A DNA stretch of 64,000 bases from Patescibacteria group bacterium. GTDB taxonomy: Bacteria; Patescibacteriota; Minisyncoccia; Phycocordibacterales; UBA9973. The DNA lies in contig JAZKIP010000008.1 of the NCBI GenBank assembly GCA_040384805.1, forward strand, positions 36,749-100,748, written 5' to 3'. The translations under genes and the position numbers were made by a program. Of the stretch, positions 20,346 through 33,299 are shown in pieces; position 1 is the stretch's first letter, and every line of letters starts with the position of its first letter. A model generated the notes under the pieces. It ran no database searches. It was not told where the DNA came from and worked only from the letters and a program-made list of their open reading frames with translations.

Positions 20346-20785
20346 CTATTTTTTATCTTCCGAAGTGATTATTAATTTGCCTTCAGGGCCCTTCCAATTG
20401 GTGTAGCGCCACCATGTCGGAGTAAAGCAAAATAATACATCAGTGCTGGGATTATATACTTTTCCCTTTTTCTCAATAAATTTTCCATAATATGCTTTCT
20501 CAAAAATATCGTGATCATTTTCCTTTAGTATGGAAACATATCCATCCAATTGAAGAGTTTTCATATTATTCTCATCAACTCCAATGACAAAAGAGGCACG
20601 ACTTTTATCTTTACCGAGAAGTGCTTCGCTCTTTCGATATGAACGTGATGTCTTGAAGAAAAAAAAGGAGGATTCTCATGTACCGCAAAATGAAGCGTGG
20701 CAGCATGAGGAGAACCATCAGGCATTTCGATTGCCAAGACACCAATACGCTCCCTATTTATGAAATCAATAATTTCCTTGTTCAT
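20346..20785 (-). pseudogene. pyridoxamine 5'-phosphate oxidase-like (FMN-binding split-barrel) gene, frameshifted at a T8 homopolymer
   Basis: Two adjacent ORFs (20561-20785 and 20346-20564) together make one PNPOx-like protein (IIDFINRERIGVLAIEMPDGSPHAATLHFAVHENPP | FFFFKTSRSYRKSEALLGKDKSRASFVIGVDENN...). The frames join at the A8/T8 run at 20659-20666, and a ninth T would restore a single ORF of about 150 aa. Confidence 0.6.
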
Positions 20786-21426
20786 TATATTTCTTCTTCT
20801 TTATTACTTTCTAAAGATTTGAATTCGATATTATGCTCGGACAAAACCATCGAAGGTATCCGATGGGCAGTTCCAAAATTCGGATCAAGCATCCCATCAT
20901 GTACCGGAAAACAGAGGCGTGGCTTTATTTCCAATGCATACATTATTGGCATTTTTATATTAGTCCACGGACCGGCAACAGGAAGCGCTAAAATATCTAC
21001 TTTCTTTCCGGGATTGGTAAATGCATCTCCGGGATAAAATAGGTCTTTCCCGATGAAATAGCCCGTATTCTGAACCTGTCCGATCTCTTCATAAATCTCT
21101 ATATGTGTGTCGCCGTGAGCTTCAAGGTAGACACCGGCGAAATCACCCGAGTTTCCGTCTTCCAATTTTTGATATCTAATTCCATTCTCATCCAGAATTT
21201 TTCCAACGCCGCTATTGGAAACAATGACAACGTCAGGATTATTCTGCACTATCTCTTTAAGGGAATCAACATGCAAGTGGTCTTGATGCTCATGTGTGAT
21301 AACGATAAGATCAATATTTTTTTCCTGTTCGTGTGAGGAAATCGTATACGATCCGGGATCTGTCATAACCCTTTTGCCGTTAATTTCCATAACCAAACAG
21401 CAGTGCCCGAGTTTCTTTATCTTCAT
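20785..21426 (-). CDS. MBL-fold metallo-hydrolase
   Basis: ITHEHQDH (a variant of HxHxDH), a downstream His and HDGMLDP. 213 aa. Confidence 0.75.
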   Translation of the reverse strand: MKIKKLGHCCLVMEINGKRVMTDPGSYTISSHEQEKNIDLIVITHEHQDHLHVDSLKEIVQNNPDVVIVSNSGVGKILDENGIRYQKLEDGNSGDFAGVYLEAHGDTHIEIYEEIGQVQNTGYFIGKDLFYPGDAFTNPGKKVDILALPVAGPWTNIKMPIMYALEIKPRLCFPVHDGMLDPNFGTAHRIPSMVLSEHNIEFKSLESNKEEEI

Positions 21427-21430
21427 ATAT

Positions 21431-22060
21431 CTATTTTAACACATTTTCAATAGCGGATACGAGATCTTTCGGATCGTCTATAATGATTGCAGGGGCGCCT
21501 TTTTGAAGAACTTGCTTGCTTTGGAATCCCCATGTAACGGCAATAGAACGAACGGAACATTCTTTTGCTTCCTTTATATCGCCTAAAGTGTCTGTAATGA
21601 AAATAGAGTTTTCAGGTTGCATACCGTACTTCTCAAGTAGCATTTTAATTTTTACTACTTTACTTTGATCAATATCAGAACCTAATACAACGCTAAAATA
21701 TTCACTAATTCCTTCTCTTTGAAGTATCTGGTTGATCGATGACGTCATTGTTGAAGAAACAATCGCAAGCACATAGGACATGGCAAGACTTTTAACCGAT
21801 TCTTTTAGATCGTCGGTTATTTTTAGTTCTCTGGTAAAAAAATCATATTTTTGAGGAAATTCGGGATGCTCTTCTCTTTGTTCTCCATTCTTCCTGATTG
21901 AATTATGAATATTACCATTGAAAAATCCTTTATATTCTTCAATATCAAGATCGTCGTTTACCTCAGTATTTATTTGATAACAGGAAATGAGCGTATCGAT
22001 CAGTACGCCGTCAAAATCAAACAATACCAGTTTTTTATTTCCCAATTTCATGAACTTCAA
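21431..22060 (-). CDS. HAD-superfamily hydrolase (phosphatase-like)
   Basis: Motif I LFDFDGVLIDT and later HAD motifs (VSST..., ITDTLGDIKEAK). 209 aa. Overlaps the upstream NUDIX gene by 26 bp. Confidence 0.75.
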   Translation of the reverse strand: MKFMKLGNKKLVLFDFDGVLIDTLISCYQINTEVNDDLDIEEYKGFFNGNIHNSIRKNGEQREEHPEFPQKYDFFTRELKITDDLKESVKSLAMSYVLAIVSSTMTSSINQILQREGISEYFSVVLGSDIDQSKVVKIKMLLEKYGMQPENSIFITDTLGDIKEAKECSVRSIAVTWGFQSKQVLQKGAPAIIIDDPKDLVSAIENVLK

Positions 22061-22474
22061 GATATTCTTTTGCTTTTCTTAAAACTTCTTTTCGTCCCTC
22101 GAATCGAAAAATGTCAAGAGCTTCGTCATAAGCGACCCATACATATGTGTTGATTTCGCTTTCCTGAATTGTGACATCCTTGCTTTTCACACATCCGATA
22201 AAGTATTCGTTTGTTTTAAAGCGGGCATTATCCTGACCCGCGTTTATCATATACTCCTCATGGATCGGTTCTGTGTCCAGAAGATCAATCTCTGCAATGC
22301 CTGTTTCCTCTTGTAATTCTCGCAAGGCGGTTTCTTTCACTGTTTCATTCTCTTCAATATGGCCTTTCGGGAAGCTCCATGAGCCCTCAGCATCTTTATG
22401 CTGCAAAAGCAAGAAGTAATTTTCTTCTGCTTCTTGATATACGACAATTACTCCCGCTGCTTTTTCGTTTTTCA

Positions 22475-22478
<4 letters not shown>
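22035..22478 (-). CDS. NUDIX hydrolase
   Basis: Nudix box GHIEENETVKETALRELQEETGI. 147 aa. Start overlaps the ileS stop by 4 bp. Confidence 0.85.
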
Positions 22479-25972
<3,494 letters not shown>

Positions 25973-26242
25973 TTATGTAGAAGTGAATTTGATATTAAAA
26001 AAACTCGTCCACGTACAGCAATAAAAATTACTATACAAGGACGAGTTTCCCCGTGGTACCACCTTGGTTGCTTCTTAATTGATAGGGCTCTACTCTCCGC
26101 CCAAGGCGGATTTCTTCCCTATGCGTGCCTGTAATGAATGTTATTCATTACAGGCGATGAGGTGATGTCTGTCCGGATTACTCGGACGGGGCCTCGTCAT
26201 CGCATATGTAAACATCTTACTACAAAAGGTTATTCTTGCCAA
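25973..26242 (-). promoter_or_regulatory. T-box-like leader (Ile specifier) with promoter and intrinsic terminator upstream of ileS
   Basis: Minus strand, in order. Putative promoter TTGGCA-N17-TAAGAT. Short stem I GCGAUGA.GAGG...CCUCAUCGC with internal-loop AGACAUCA (AUC followed by A). An 11-bp hairpin. T-box-like sequence AACCAAGGUGGUACCACGGGG. Terminator CUCGUCC...GGACGAG followed by U7, ending 27 nt before the ileS AUG. Confidence 0.6.
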
Positions 26243-26421
26243 ACTTGCATTTTGATCGGAAATCAGTAATATCAGGAGTAATCAAGAATTGTACCTTATT
26301 CCTCCCTATAAGGAATGACTGGAAAACGTGTCTCCCCATTTCCATGGGAATTTTCACTCAATGCTTTGAGTTGCAAGCATTGAGGTCAGACCTTATAGTC
26401 TAAGGTGCGATTCTCTCGCCA

Positions 26422-26454
26422 TAAAAAAAGCCCCGGTCCATACACGGGGTTTTT
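26422..26454 (-). terminator. rho-independent terminator downstream of NUDIX gene
   Basis: A7-gccccg-gtccataca-cgggg-T5 directly after the stop at 26455. Confidence 0.6.
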
Positions 26455-26940
26455 CTATATATTCTCAACCACTTTCTCCCAGAGATAAAGTTGCCAGTCG
26501 ACAGTGATATAAGAAGGGGTTTCGCTTTTCGGAATCCATTCGGCACTATGCTTGGCGGTTTCGGATTGATCGACAAGGTCTCTTTTGTCCGAGACAAGCT
26601 CAAAAAGTAATCCTGTCGCTGCCATCATTCTGTTTTCTTTCTTGTAACTGTTATAAAAAGCCGCCTGTACTTTTCCGATCTCAGCGACATATCGAACATC
26701 GGTATATCCTGTTTCTTCATGTATTTCTCTCTTCCCCGCTTCGACAAGATCGACATCCGTTTCCTCAACGCCGCCGTTTACGAACGTTCTCCATCCGAAC
26801 TCATGCCAGCGCATGCAAAGAACTGCGTCATTCCGCGGATCGTAGACGATAGATAATACCTGCTTTCGCTCGACAATAGGAAGACCGGGAACGATCTTAT
26901 CTACCGGATCTTCGAAATAAGGGATGTCTTCTATGTTCAT
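26455..26940 (-). CDS. NUDIX hydrolase
   Basis: Nudix box GGVEETDVDLVEAGKREIHEETGY. 161 aa. Confidence 0.85.
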   Translation of the reverse strand: MNIEDIPYFEDPVDKIVPGLPIVERKQVLSIVYDPRNDAVLCMRWHEFGWRTFVNGGVEETDVDLVEAGKREIHEETGYTDVRYVAEIGKVQAAFYNSYKKENRMMAATGLLFELVSDKRDLVDQSETAKHSAEWIPKSETPSYITVDWQLYLWEKVVENI

Positions 26941-26943
26941 ATA

Positions 26944-28647
26944 TTACATTTTCTCCGGCGTTTTGATGCCAAGGAGATACAAGCCGTTTTCCATAGTCTG
27001 ATAAAAGGCCTCGACAATGGCTACACGGTACGGCGCATAACTATCCTCAAGGCTTACGATGGTCGTATTGGCATAAAAAGTATTGAAGGCGCTTGCAAGC
27101 TCGGTAAGATATGTAGCGATGTGGTGCGGCTCAAGCGACTCATACGAGTGTGCGACAACTTCCGGGAATTGATAGAGCAATCGCTCAAGTCCGGTAACCT
27201 CTTCGGGTATTTTTAGTAATTCGTAATTAGTAATTAGTAATTTCAGTGTTTTGGCCTTCTTCAAGATCGATGACGCGCGTACGGCGGTGTACTGCAGATA
27301 CGGCCCCGAATCCCCTTCAAACGATATCGACTTCTCGAAATCATAGACGATGTCGGACCCCATCGATGAGCGGAGAATGGAATATTTAAGAGCTGCAACG
27401 CCGACAATGCGGGCGATTTCCTTTTTTTCTTCCTCAGACAATTCTCTTTCCGTCATTTTTTCATAGACAACATCCATTGAGTCATTGATAAGAGATTCAC
27501 CCGTAATGACATTGCCCTTGCGCGAGGCCATTTTCCCCGAAGCGAGGCGCATCATGCCATGGGTTATATGCTTCATACGGGATTCGTAATCTGGATGGAT
27601 AAGAGATACGGCCTTCTGTACGACCTTCATGTATTCTCCCTGCTCGATGGCAGTCGTAATGATGGAAATATCAGGATCTTCTTTTTTAAATTTCGTAACA
27701 GTGAGTCCGACTTCTTTTGTTTCATACGTCGGCAAGCCTTTCGAATTTATGAAAACGCGGGTATGAAGCTTTGAATCATACTTCTCCGCATGGAAAACAA
27801 TTGCTCCGTTCGATTCTTCAAATACAGGGCCAATATTAGTTCTCACGATCTTTTCTCCGATCGGCGCCATTTCGGATTCGAAAAAATAATAGTCGAATTT
27901 GGTGCCGAGAAGCTTATAGATATCTTCAAAAGCATCGAGCGTTGTCCTGCGGCCCCAATCATAAAGGGTAATTATGTTCGCATCGCTTCTTTCATAGATC
28001 TTCTTATTGATTGCATCGATATCTTCTTTCAAGAAAGGATCGGTATCGTATGCATCGCTTCCTTTCGCATACTGCTCACCGATCCATAGAGCGTTTTTGC
28101 CTTCGTATGTCTCGCCTGAATTCACTATTCCCCAGATCGCTTTGGCCACATGCGGACCGACATCGCCCTGATAGTTTGCACGAACGGTTCGTGCGCCTGA
28201 AAATTCGACGATGCGAGAGATTGATTCTCCGATGGCATTACTCATCAAGTGGCCGATATGGAAAGGCTTGAAAGGATTCGGCTGGGTATATTCAACCATT
28301 ACTTTTTTCCCTGCAAGAATTTCATTTTTCCCCCACTCTTCTTTCTGTGCAAGAATATCTTTGACCGAATCAGCGAAAAAATCGCGCGATAGGTAAAAAT
28401 TGATGAATCCGGGTCCTGCAATCTCGATTCTGCTTATTTCTTTCGACGTATCTTTTTGGATTTCCGCCTTGATTTTCTCTGCGAGTTCCCGCGGAGAACT
28501 TGATATTTGTTTTGCATATGCAAGAGCGATATTCGTCGAATAATCGCCGTTGTTCATATCCGCCGGATGCTCAAGCAAGACAGTCCCGGCTTGTATGCCG
28601 AGATTTTCCAATGCTTTCCTGATGTGTTCCTGTAGTTTTTCCTTCAT
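26944..28647 (-). CDS. argS: arginyl-tRNA synthetase
   Basis: N-terminal Arg-tRNA-synthetase N domain, class I core with PFHIGHLMSNAIGES (HIGH) and NYQGDVGPHVAKAI, and a C-terminal DALR anticodon-binding domain. 567 aa. Confidence 0.9.
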   Translation of the reverse strand: MKEKLQEHIRKALENLGIQAGTVLLEHPADMNNGDYSTNIALAYAKQISSSPRELAEKIKAEIQKDTSKEISRIEIAGPGFINFYLSRDFFADSVKDILAQKEEWGKNEILAGKKVMVEYTQPNPFKPFHIGHLMSNAIGESISRIVEFSGARTVRANYQGDVGPHVAKAIWGIVNSGETYEGKNALWIGEQYAKGSDAYDTDPFLKEDIDAINKKIYERSDANIITLYDWGRRTTLDAFEDIYKLLGTKFDYYFFESEMAPIGEKIVRTNIGPVFEESNGAIVFHAEKYDSKLHTRVFINSKGLPTYETKEVGLTVTKFKKEDPDISIITTAIEQGEYMKVVQKAVSLIHPDYESRMKHITHGMMRLASGKMASRKGNVITGESLINDSMDVVYEKMTERELSEEEKKEIARIVGVAALKYSILRSSMGSDIVYDFEKSISFEGDSGPYLQYTAVRASSILKKAKTLKLLITNYELLKIPEEVTGLERLLYQFPEVVAHSYESLEPHHIATYLTELASAFNTFYANTTIVSLEDSYAPYRVAIVEAFYQTMENGLYLLGIKTPEKM

Positions 28648-28674
28648 TTGTAATTAGTAATCTGTCATTATGAA

Positions 28675-29100
28675 TTACTTCTTCCCTGTGCTTCCCTCTC
28701 TTCCTTCGCCTCGCACAGTTGATGATAATTCGGATACTTCCACAATATCACAGTCTTCGAATCTTTGTATAATCATTTGGGCGATCTTGTGCCCTTTCTC
28801 GATTTTTTGAACTTTATCTGTTGTATTATACAAAGACATGATAAGTTCTCCCCGGAAACAGGAATCAATGACTCCACCCATGACTTTAAGACCCTGATTA
28901 AAAGAAATGCTTGATTTATCCCAGATAAGGCCCACGCATCCTTCGGGAATTTCTATTGCAACTCCCGTATGAACGCGCTCTTGAGACAAAGGCTGAAATA
29001 CCACTTCATCAAGCGCATAAAAATCCATCCCCGCATCCCCGGGGTGGCCTTTTGTCGGCAGTTTCGCATTTTCTTTTAACTTTTTAACTTTGATTTTCAT
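28675..29100 (-). CDS. dut: dUTP diphosphatase (dUTPase)
   Basis: dUTPase motifs GDAGMDF, GGVIDSCFRGE, KIAQMI, RGEGREGSTG. 141 aa. Confidence 0.9.
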   Translation of the reverse strand: MKIKVKKLKENAKLPTKGHPGDAGMDFYALDEVVFQPLSQERVHTGVAIEIPEGCVGLIWDKSSISFNQGLKVMGGVIDSCFRGELIMSLYNTTDKVQKIEKGHKIAQMIIQRFEDCDIVEVSELSSTVRGEGREGSTGKK

Positions 29101-29500
29101 ACTCTTTTATGACTGATATAGCTCTCGTAAATGACGGGAGAAATAATTCTGGCTGTTTTGAATATAAATTCTCCAAGTCAAGCACTCGGATCCATTTTAT
29201 TTCTTCTACCTCGCCTTCCTGGAGAGTAAACTGCGCTTGACTCGATACTTTCGCAAAAAACCATTGGGTGAAATATTCATGAATGCTTGAGACTCTTATT
29301 TTCGGACCGGCAGTAACTGTATCTAACCGCAATCCTATTTCTTCATTTGCTTCCTTTAGGATATTGGATTGATATGTTTCTCCTTCTTCCACGCTCCCGG
29401 CAACTGAAGGACCCCATAGATTCGGGTGATGCTTTTTAATTTTGGAGCGGCGGGCAATCAATACTTCATTCTTCTCGTTAAATACCCACAATGCGGCCAC
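29084..29500 (-). CDS. NUDIX hydrolase
   Basis: Nudix-like box GSVEEGETYQSNILKEANEEIGL (REuxEE with R replaced by K). 138 aa. Overlaps the dut start. Confidence 0.75.
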   Translation of the reverse strand: MAALWVFNEKNEVLIARRSKIKKHHPNLWGPSVAGSVEEGETYQSNILKEANEEIGLRLDTVTAGPKIRVSSIHEYFTQWFFAKVSSQAQFTLQEGEVEEIKWIRVLDLENLYSKQPELFLPSFTRAISVIKEYENQS

Positions 29501-29592
29501 TCTCGTAATTTCCTTTTTCTGATCTCTTTCCTTCCGATCCTTATAGTATTAAGATATTATCTTGTTCATCGACAATTGGAATTCTCATATTT

Positions 29593-30297
29593 CTACTTTA
29601 GCATCTTCTCTACCTTTTTATAAACCTCTTTATGAATATCCTCGCGGGTACACAGCGCATTTTTGGGGGCGCAATCAATCTTTATAAAGTTCTTCTGGGT
29701 CTTGGCAAGCCATATAGCGCTCTTGCGGGAATTCTCTTGAAATGCGACATCTACTTCGTGGACATCTTTTTTTGTACCCGCATAATTGCGCTTAGATACT
29801 GCGTTGCGTTCTTTCATCATGGCAAGACTTACTTTAAGAGGAACGGAAAGATAAAGGACAAGATCCGGCCGCGGAATTTTGAATACCTTATATTCCATTT
29901 CATCGAGCCATTTGATGAAGGAAGCACGCTTGGCCGCATTTTTAATCTTCCCTCCTTGGTGGATCTGATTAGCAGAGACATAACGGTTGGCAAGGACGAT
30001 GTAGCCTTTCTTGAGCCATTCTTCGATCTTTTCTTTTGATTCGAATCGATCGCCGGCGTAGAGTACCGACACAATTTTCGGATGCACATTTATAAAGTTA
30101 TAGTATTGCTCAGTCAGGCAGTGCCCGATGAACTTGCCGAAGAAATTCTTGTAGTATTCAGGGAAATCGACATTCTTGACTGTATAGCCTTCCTTTTTCA
30201 GCCGCTTTGTTAAAAGAGCGACCTGCGTCGCTTTTCCGCTCCCATCCGTGCCGTCAATAACGATCAGTTTTCCAGTAGTAGATTTGCCTTTTTTCAT
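29593..30297 (-). CDS. tmk: thymidylate kinase (dTMP kinase)
   Basis: P-loop IVIDGTDGSGKATQ, DRY-like LANRYVSANQIHQG, and lid region. 234 aa. Confidence 0.85.
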   Translation of the reverse strand: MKKGKSTTGKLIVIDGTDGSGKATQVALLTKRLKKEGYTVKNVDFPEYYKNFFGKFIGHCLTEQYYNFINVHPKIVSVLYAGDRFESKEKIEEWLKKGYIVLANRYVSANQIHQGGKIKNAAKRASFIKWLDEMEYKVFKIPRPDLVLYLSVPLKVSLAMMKERNAVSKRNYAGTKKDVHEVDVAFQENSRKSAIWLAKTQKNFIKIDCAPKNALCTREDIHKEVYKKVEKMLK

Positions 30298-30390
30298 GTG
30301 AATCCATTATAACGAACACCTTGCAAATACACAAAATTCCATATTTTACTTTGCTTTTCCTTTTTGCTAGGATGAGGAAAATTGACTTTT

Positions 30391-30993
30391 ATGATAGATA
30401 TGACAATCTCGACTGTCATCTCAATGACACTAGAAAGTGCAAGAAAAATCTTCGAAAAGAAATGCAACGATTACGGTACATCATGGAGAATTCTTAGGAC
30501 TATCTCAATAGTAGATCAGGTTTTTATCAAGGCTACTAGAATCGAAACAGTATTGAAGAATGGGGTTCAGAAAGTAAATGGCACAGGAGATGATATCGCC
30601 AGCGAATTTCTCGGTATTATCAACTACGGCCTGATAGGCCTTATTCAAAACAAACACAATGAGATGAAACCGGGCGATGCTTCCATGACAACCAATGAGG
30701 CGAAAAGCAATTATGTGCATGAATTCATCCTCTTCAAAGATTACTTTGAAAGTCAAAATCCTCACTATGTAGAAGGAATAGAAAATCTCGCAATAACGGA
30801 CATATCAGATATGCTTGTTGTTAAAATTACGAGAATGAAATCTTTTCACAAAAATTACGAGGAGAGGGCGAAAGATTGCAAGTCAATTGAAAAGCTAACG
30901 CACGAATTCAAAGTGTTGATTTTCGGCGCATTTTTAGACATCATCTTGTGGTCAAGCATTGGCCACACAAAAATCGATAAAGCCGTACAGTGA
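30391..30993 (+). CDS. hypothetical protein embedded in dNTP-metabolism cluster (possibly DUF1599-like)
   Basis: ATG at 30391 with GAGGAAA about 10 nt upstream. The ORF track start at 30382 is TTG. Conserved-looking N-terminal block KKCNDYGTSWRILR...DQVFIKATRIETVL. The DUF1599 assignment is recalled from memory and has not been checked. Confidence 0.45.
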   Translation: MIDMTISTVISMTLESARKIFEKKCNDYGTSWRILRTISIVDQVFIKATRIETVLKNGVQKVNGTGDDIASEFLGIINYGLIGLIQNKHNEMKPGDASMTTNEAKSNYVHEFILFKDYFESQNPHYVEGIENLAITDISDMLVVKITRMKSFHKNYEERAKDCKSIEKLTHEFKVLIFGAFLDIILWSSIGHTKIDKAVQ

Positions 30994-31038
30994 AGAAATT
31001 CTGTACGGCTTTATTTAATAAAATTATTTTTCCATTTC

Positions 31039-31464
31039 TTACCGTACTGCATCATAGTAATTCTTACCAGTTCTATATGATTCGATCGCAAGGCCTGTTT
31101 GTATGAACACAGGATCAGGCAGGTGATCGAGATCATACCACTCCCAGCTTCCAAGCTTTTCGGGTTCAAGGATCTGCGGCTCTCCGCTTTCCCATTCGGC
31201 GACAACGACAATATTCACATAATGCTTCGGAGCGTAGTGCAGAATATTGCCGACATGTAGAAATCGGATATTCTTTATCTCTATACCAGTTTCTTCCATT
31301 ACTTCTCTTCTTGCACAGTCTTCAAACGATTCCATATACTCCAAGTGGCCGCCGGGAAACGCGTATTCACCCACACCATGCGAGGACTTGCGTTTACCCA
31401 TCAAGATCTTTCCTTTCTTGAAGATCATAACTCCCATCCCGACTCGTGGAACTTGATTTTCCAT
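31039..31464 (-). CDS. NUDIX hydrolase
   Basis: Nudix box GGHLEYMESFEDCARREVMEETGI. 141 aa. Confidence 0.85.
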   Translation of the reverse strand: MENQVPRVGMGVMIFKKGKILMGKRKSSHGVGEYAFPGGHLEYMESFEDCARREVMEETGIEIKNIRFLHVGNILHYAPKHYVNIVVVAEWESGEPQILEPEKLGSWEWYDLDHLPDPVFIQTGLAIESYRTGKNYYDAVR

Positions 31465-31465
31465 A

Positions 31466-31924
31466 TTATGAGCTTAACTTTTTTAATGCTTCTCCGGCAT
31501 AAAATCTGATATTAGGCACTAAGTCCATTAGTTCAACTTCTTCTTTAGTCACCCAACGCATATTCGCCTGCTCGTGCGCATTCATAGACTCTCCAAGTAT
31601 ATCAGTTGAGGCTTTGGCAAAGTAAACAAGAATCACATGAGTGTGAATATCATCAACCGTATGGCGAGCTAGATATCGGGGCGCAGCAAGAGGCTTGAAT
31701 CTTTCTTCCTTCTCCCACATTTCCTGTACAGGAATCTCAATATCAAGCCCCGTCTCTTCTTTCACTTCCCGTATAGCCGCCCCCACCGGATCTTCATCAA
31801 GTTCGATATGTCCGCCGATCGAGCACCATATCTTGAACTTGTCATGCATCCGAAGCAGCACTTTGTTCTTATGGACAATGAATACTTCTACGGTAAAATC
31901 AATTTTTTCGTGAATGTGAGGCAT
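31466..31924 (-). CDS. NUDIX hydrolase
   Basis: Nudix box GGHIELDEDPVGAAIREVKEETGL. 152 aa. Confidence 0.8.
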   Translation of the reverse strand: MPHIHEKIDFTVEVFIVHKNKVLLRMHDKFKIWCSIGGHIELDEDPVGAAIREVKEETGLDIEIPVQEMWEKEERFKPLAAPRYLARHTVDDIHTHVILVYFAKASTDILGESMNAHEQANMRWVTKEEVELMDLVPNIRFYAGEALKKLSS

Positions 31925-31934
31925 CTAAAATGTA

Positions 31935-32501
31935 TTATATCAGGAGTTTATTTTTCTCTAAGAAAAGGTCAATTTTCTCGTGAAAACTCGCCAAATCAGA
32001 ATTATTTGAAATCGTATAATCAGCCTGCTCCAAACACTCGAATAAACGTTGCGCATTGGGTGGTGAATTCTCCCTTTTTTCATTTTCTAGAAATTCTTCT
32101 AGAGAACCTGCTTCTCCAAGTTTATTCCGCGCAGTGCTTCTTTGAAATCTTATTTCAGGATCAGCCTCAGTAGTAAGCAGTATAAAATGGGAATTATACT
32201 TAAAATATTCTATAACATCCGGAACTCGTATGCCGGTTATGATTCCCTTATCGCCCTCGATTCTGTCTAAGGCTAATTCTGACAGAAATCCCGATCCTTT
32301 TTCTTTCACCAAATCGCTTCCAAGGGCAATCAGATTTTCACGAATAGGCTCTATTCCTCGCTCTTTCGCAATATCCTTTAAGACTTGGCTTATTTGAAAA
32401 GTGGGTATTTGAAGCCTCTCTGAAATATAGAGAGCTGCGGTATCTTTGCCGGAGCCGATAGTTCCAATAATTCCAATGATTGTTTTTTTGCCTGAGGGCA
32501 T
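31935..32501 (-). CDS. P-loop nucleotide kinase (dephospho-CoA kinase/dNMP kinase-like)
   Basis: Walker A IIGIIGTIGSGKDTAA at the N-terminus. 188 aa, the size of small NMP/dNMP kinases. The CoaE DAD motif is not evident. Confidence 0.5.
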   Translation of the reverse strand: MPSGKKTIIGIIGTIGSGKDTAALYISERLQIPTFQISQVLKDIAKERGIEPIRENLIALGSDLVKEKGSGFLSELALDRIEGDKGIITGIRVPDVIEYFKYNSHFILLTTEADPEIRFQRSTARNKLGEAGSLEEFLENEKRENSPPNAQRLFECLEQADYTISNNSDLASFHEKIDLFLEKNKLLI

Positions 32502-32503
32502 AT

Positions 32504-33238
32504 TTAGTCTTTATGTAAAAAATGATCGATCCCTTCTAAAATATCCTTTAATTCTTCTTCAGTAGTGAACTGCTCTGCTTGTCCTGCTAAATCATCGAAA
32601 TAATGTATAGGAATCTGATACTTGCCTTCTTCTTGGAAAACATTTGCTAGTTTTTTATCGTTATCCTCAAGCAATGCATCGAATGTTTTGTATGTCCGCC
32701 CTTTATTACGTTCTATTATCTTCTCGATCGGCATTTTTTCTCCCTTTTCATCTTCAGTTGCTGCATCTCTTTGTAAAAGCACAAACTGGTTTTTATAATC
32801 AAGAAATGTATCCCAGAATTTCTGAGGCGTATCTATAGTATTATAGAGACTAGATTCCGTGCGGGAAGAAAAATCAGCTACCTCTTTCATGATTTCTGCT
32901 AATTTTTCCACTGACTCAACACGAATTATCTTATCAAGGAGCTCATTGTATTCTTTTATAACTGTCTGAATCTTTCTCTGGGAAAGCAATTTTTGATCAA
33001 ATGTCCTGCCTTGATGCTTCAGATATTCAAGAAAATGAAAGAATTTATGTCGCTGAAATTCCTTGAGATTTTCATCATTCCTAATATCCTTAAACCCAAC
33101 AAGCTGATTATTGGCGTTTGTAAAAGCGTTGACGAATTGATCATAGTCTTGAATAAAAGGCTGTTCCACATGATTAGTGGAATCTTCTATTTTCTCAAGT
33201 TGTGAATCAGGGCTACGATAAAATCGTATTTCTTTCAT
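32504..33238 (-). CDS. hypothetical protein
   Basis: 244 aa, acidic and helix-rich, no recognisable motif. Directly upstream of the kinase gene on the same strand. Confidence 0.4.
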   Translation of the reverse strand: MKEIRFYRSPDSQLEKIEDSTNHVEQPFIQDYDQFVNAFTNANNQLVGFKDIRNDENLKEFQRHKFFHFLEYLKHQGRTFDQKLLSQRKIQTVIKEYNELLDKIIRVESVEKLAEIMKEVADFSSRTESSLYNTIDTPQKFWDTFLDYKNQFVLLQRDAATEDEKGEKMPIEKIIERNKGRTYKTFDALLEDNDKKLANVFQEEGKYQIPIHYFDDLAGQAEQFTTEEELKDILEGIDHFLHKD

Positions 33239-33299
33239 AAGACCTATATTATACTCTTAATATGTATAGTCTGCTAAAACGTCCGATTTTAAGCAGTAT

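Noticed and set aside
27211-27247. Short repeats gtaattagtaat inside argS, with a second occurrence just upstream of argS at about 28650-28661
   Set aside because: They are AT-rich 11-12-mers in low-complexity sequence. The internal copies encode KLLITNYELLKI. This is most likely chance, with no flanking structure suggesting a mobile element.
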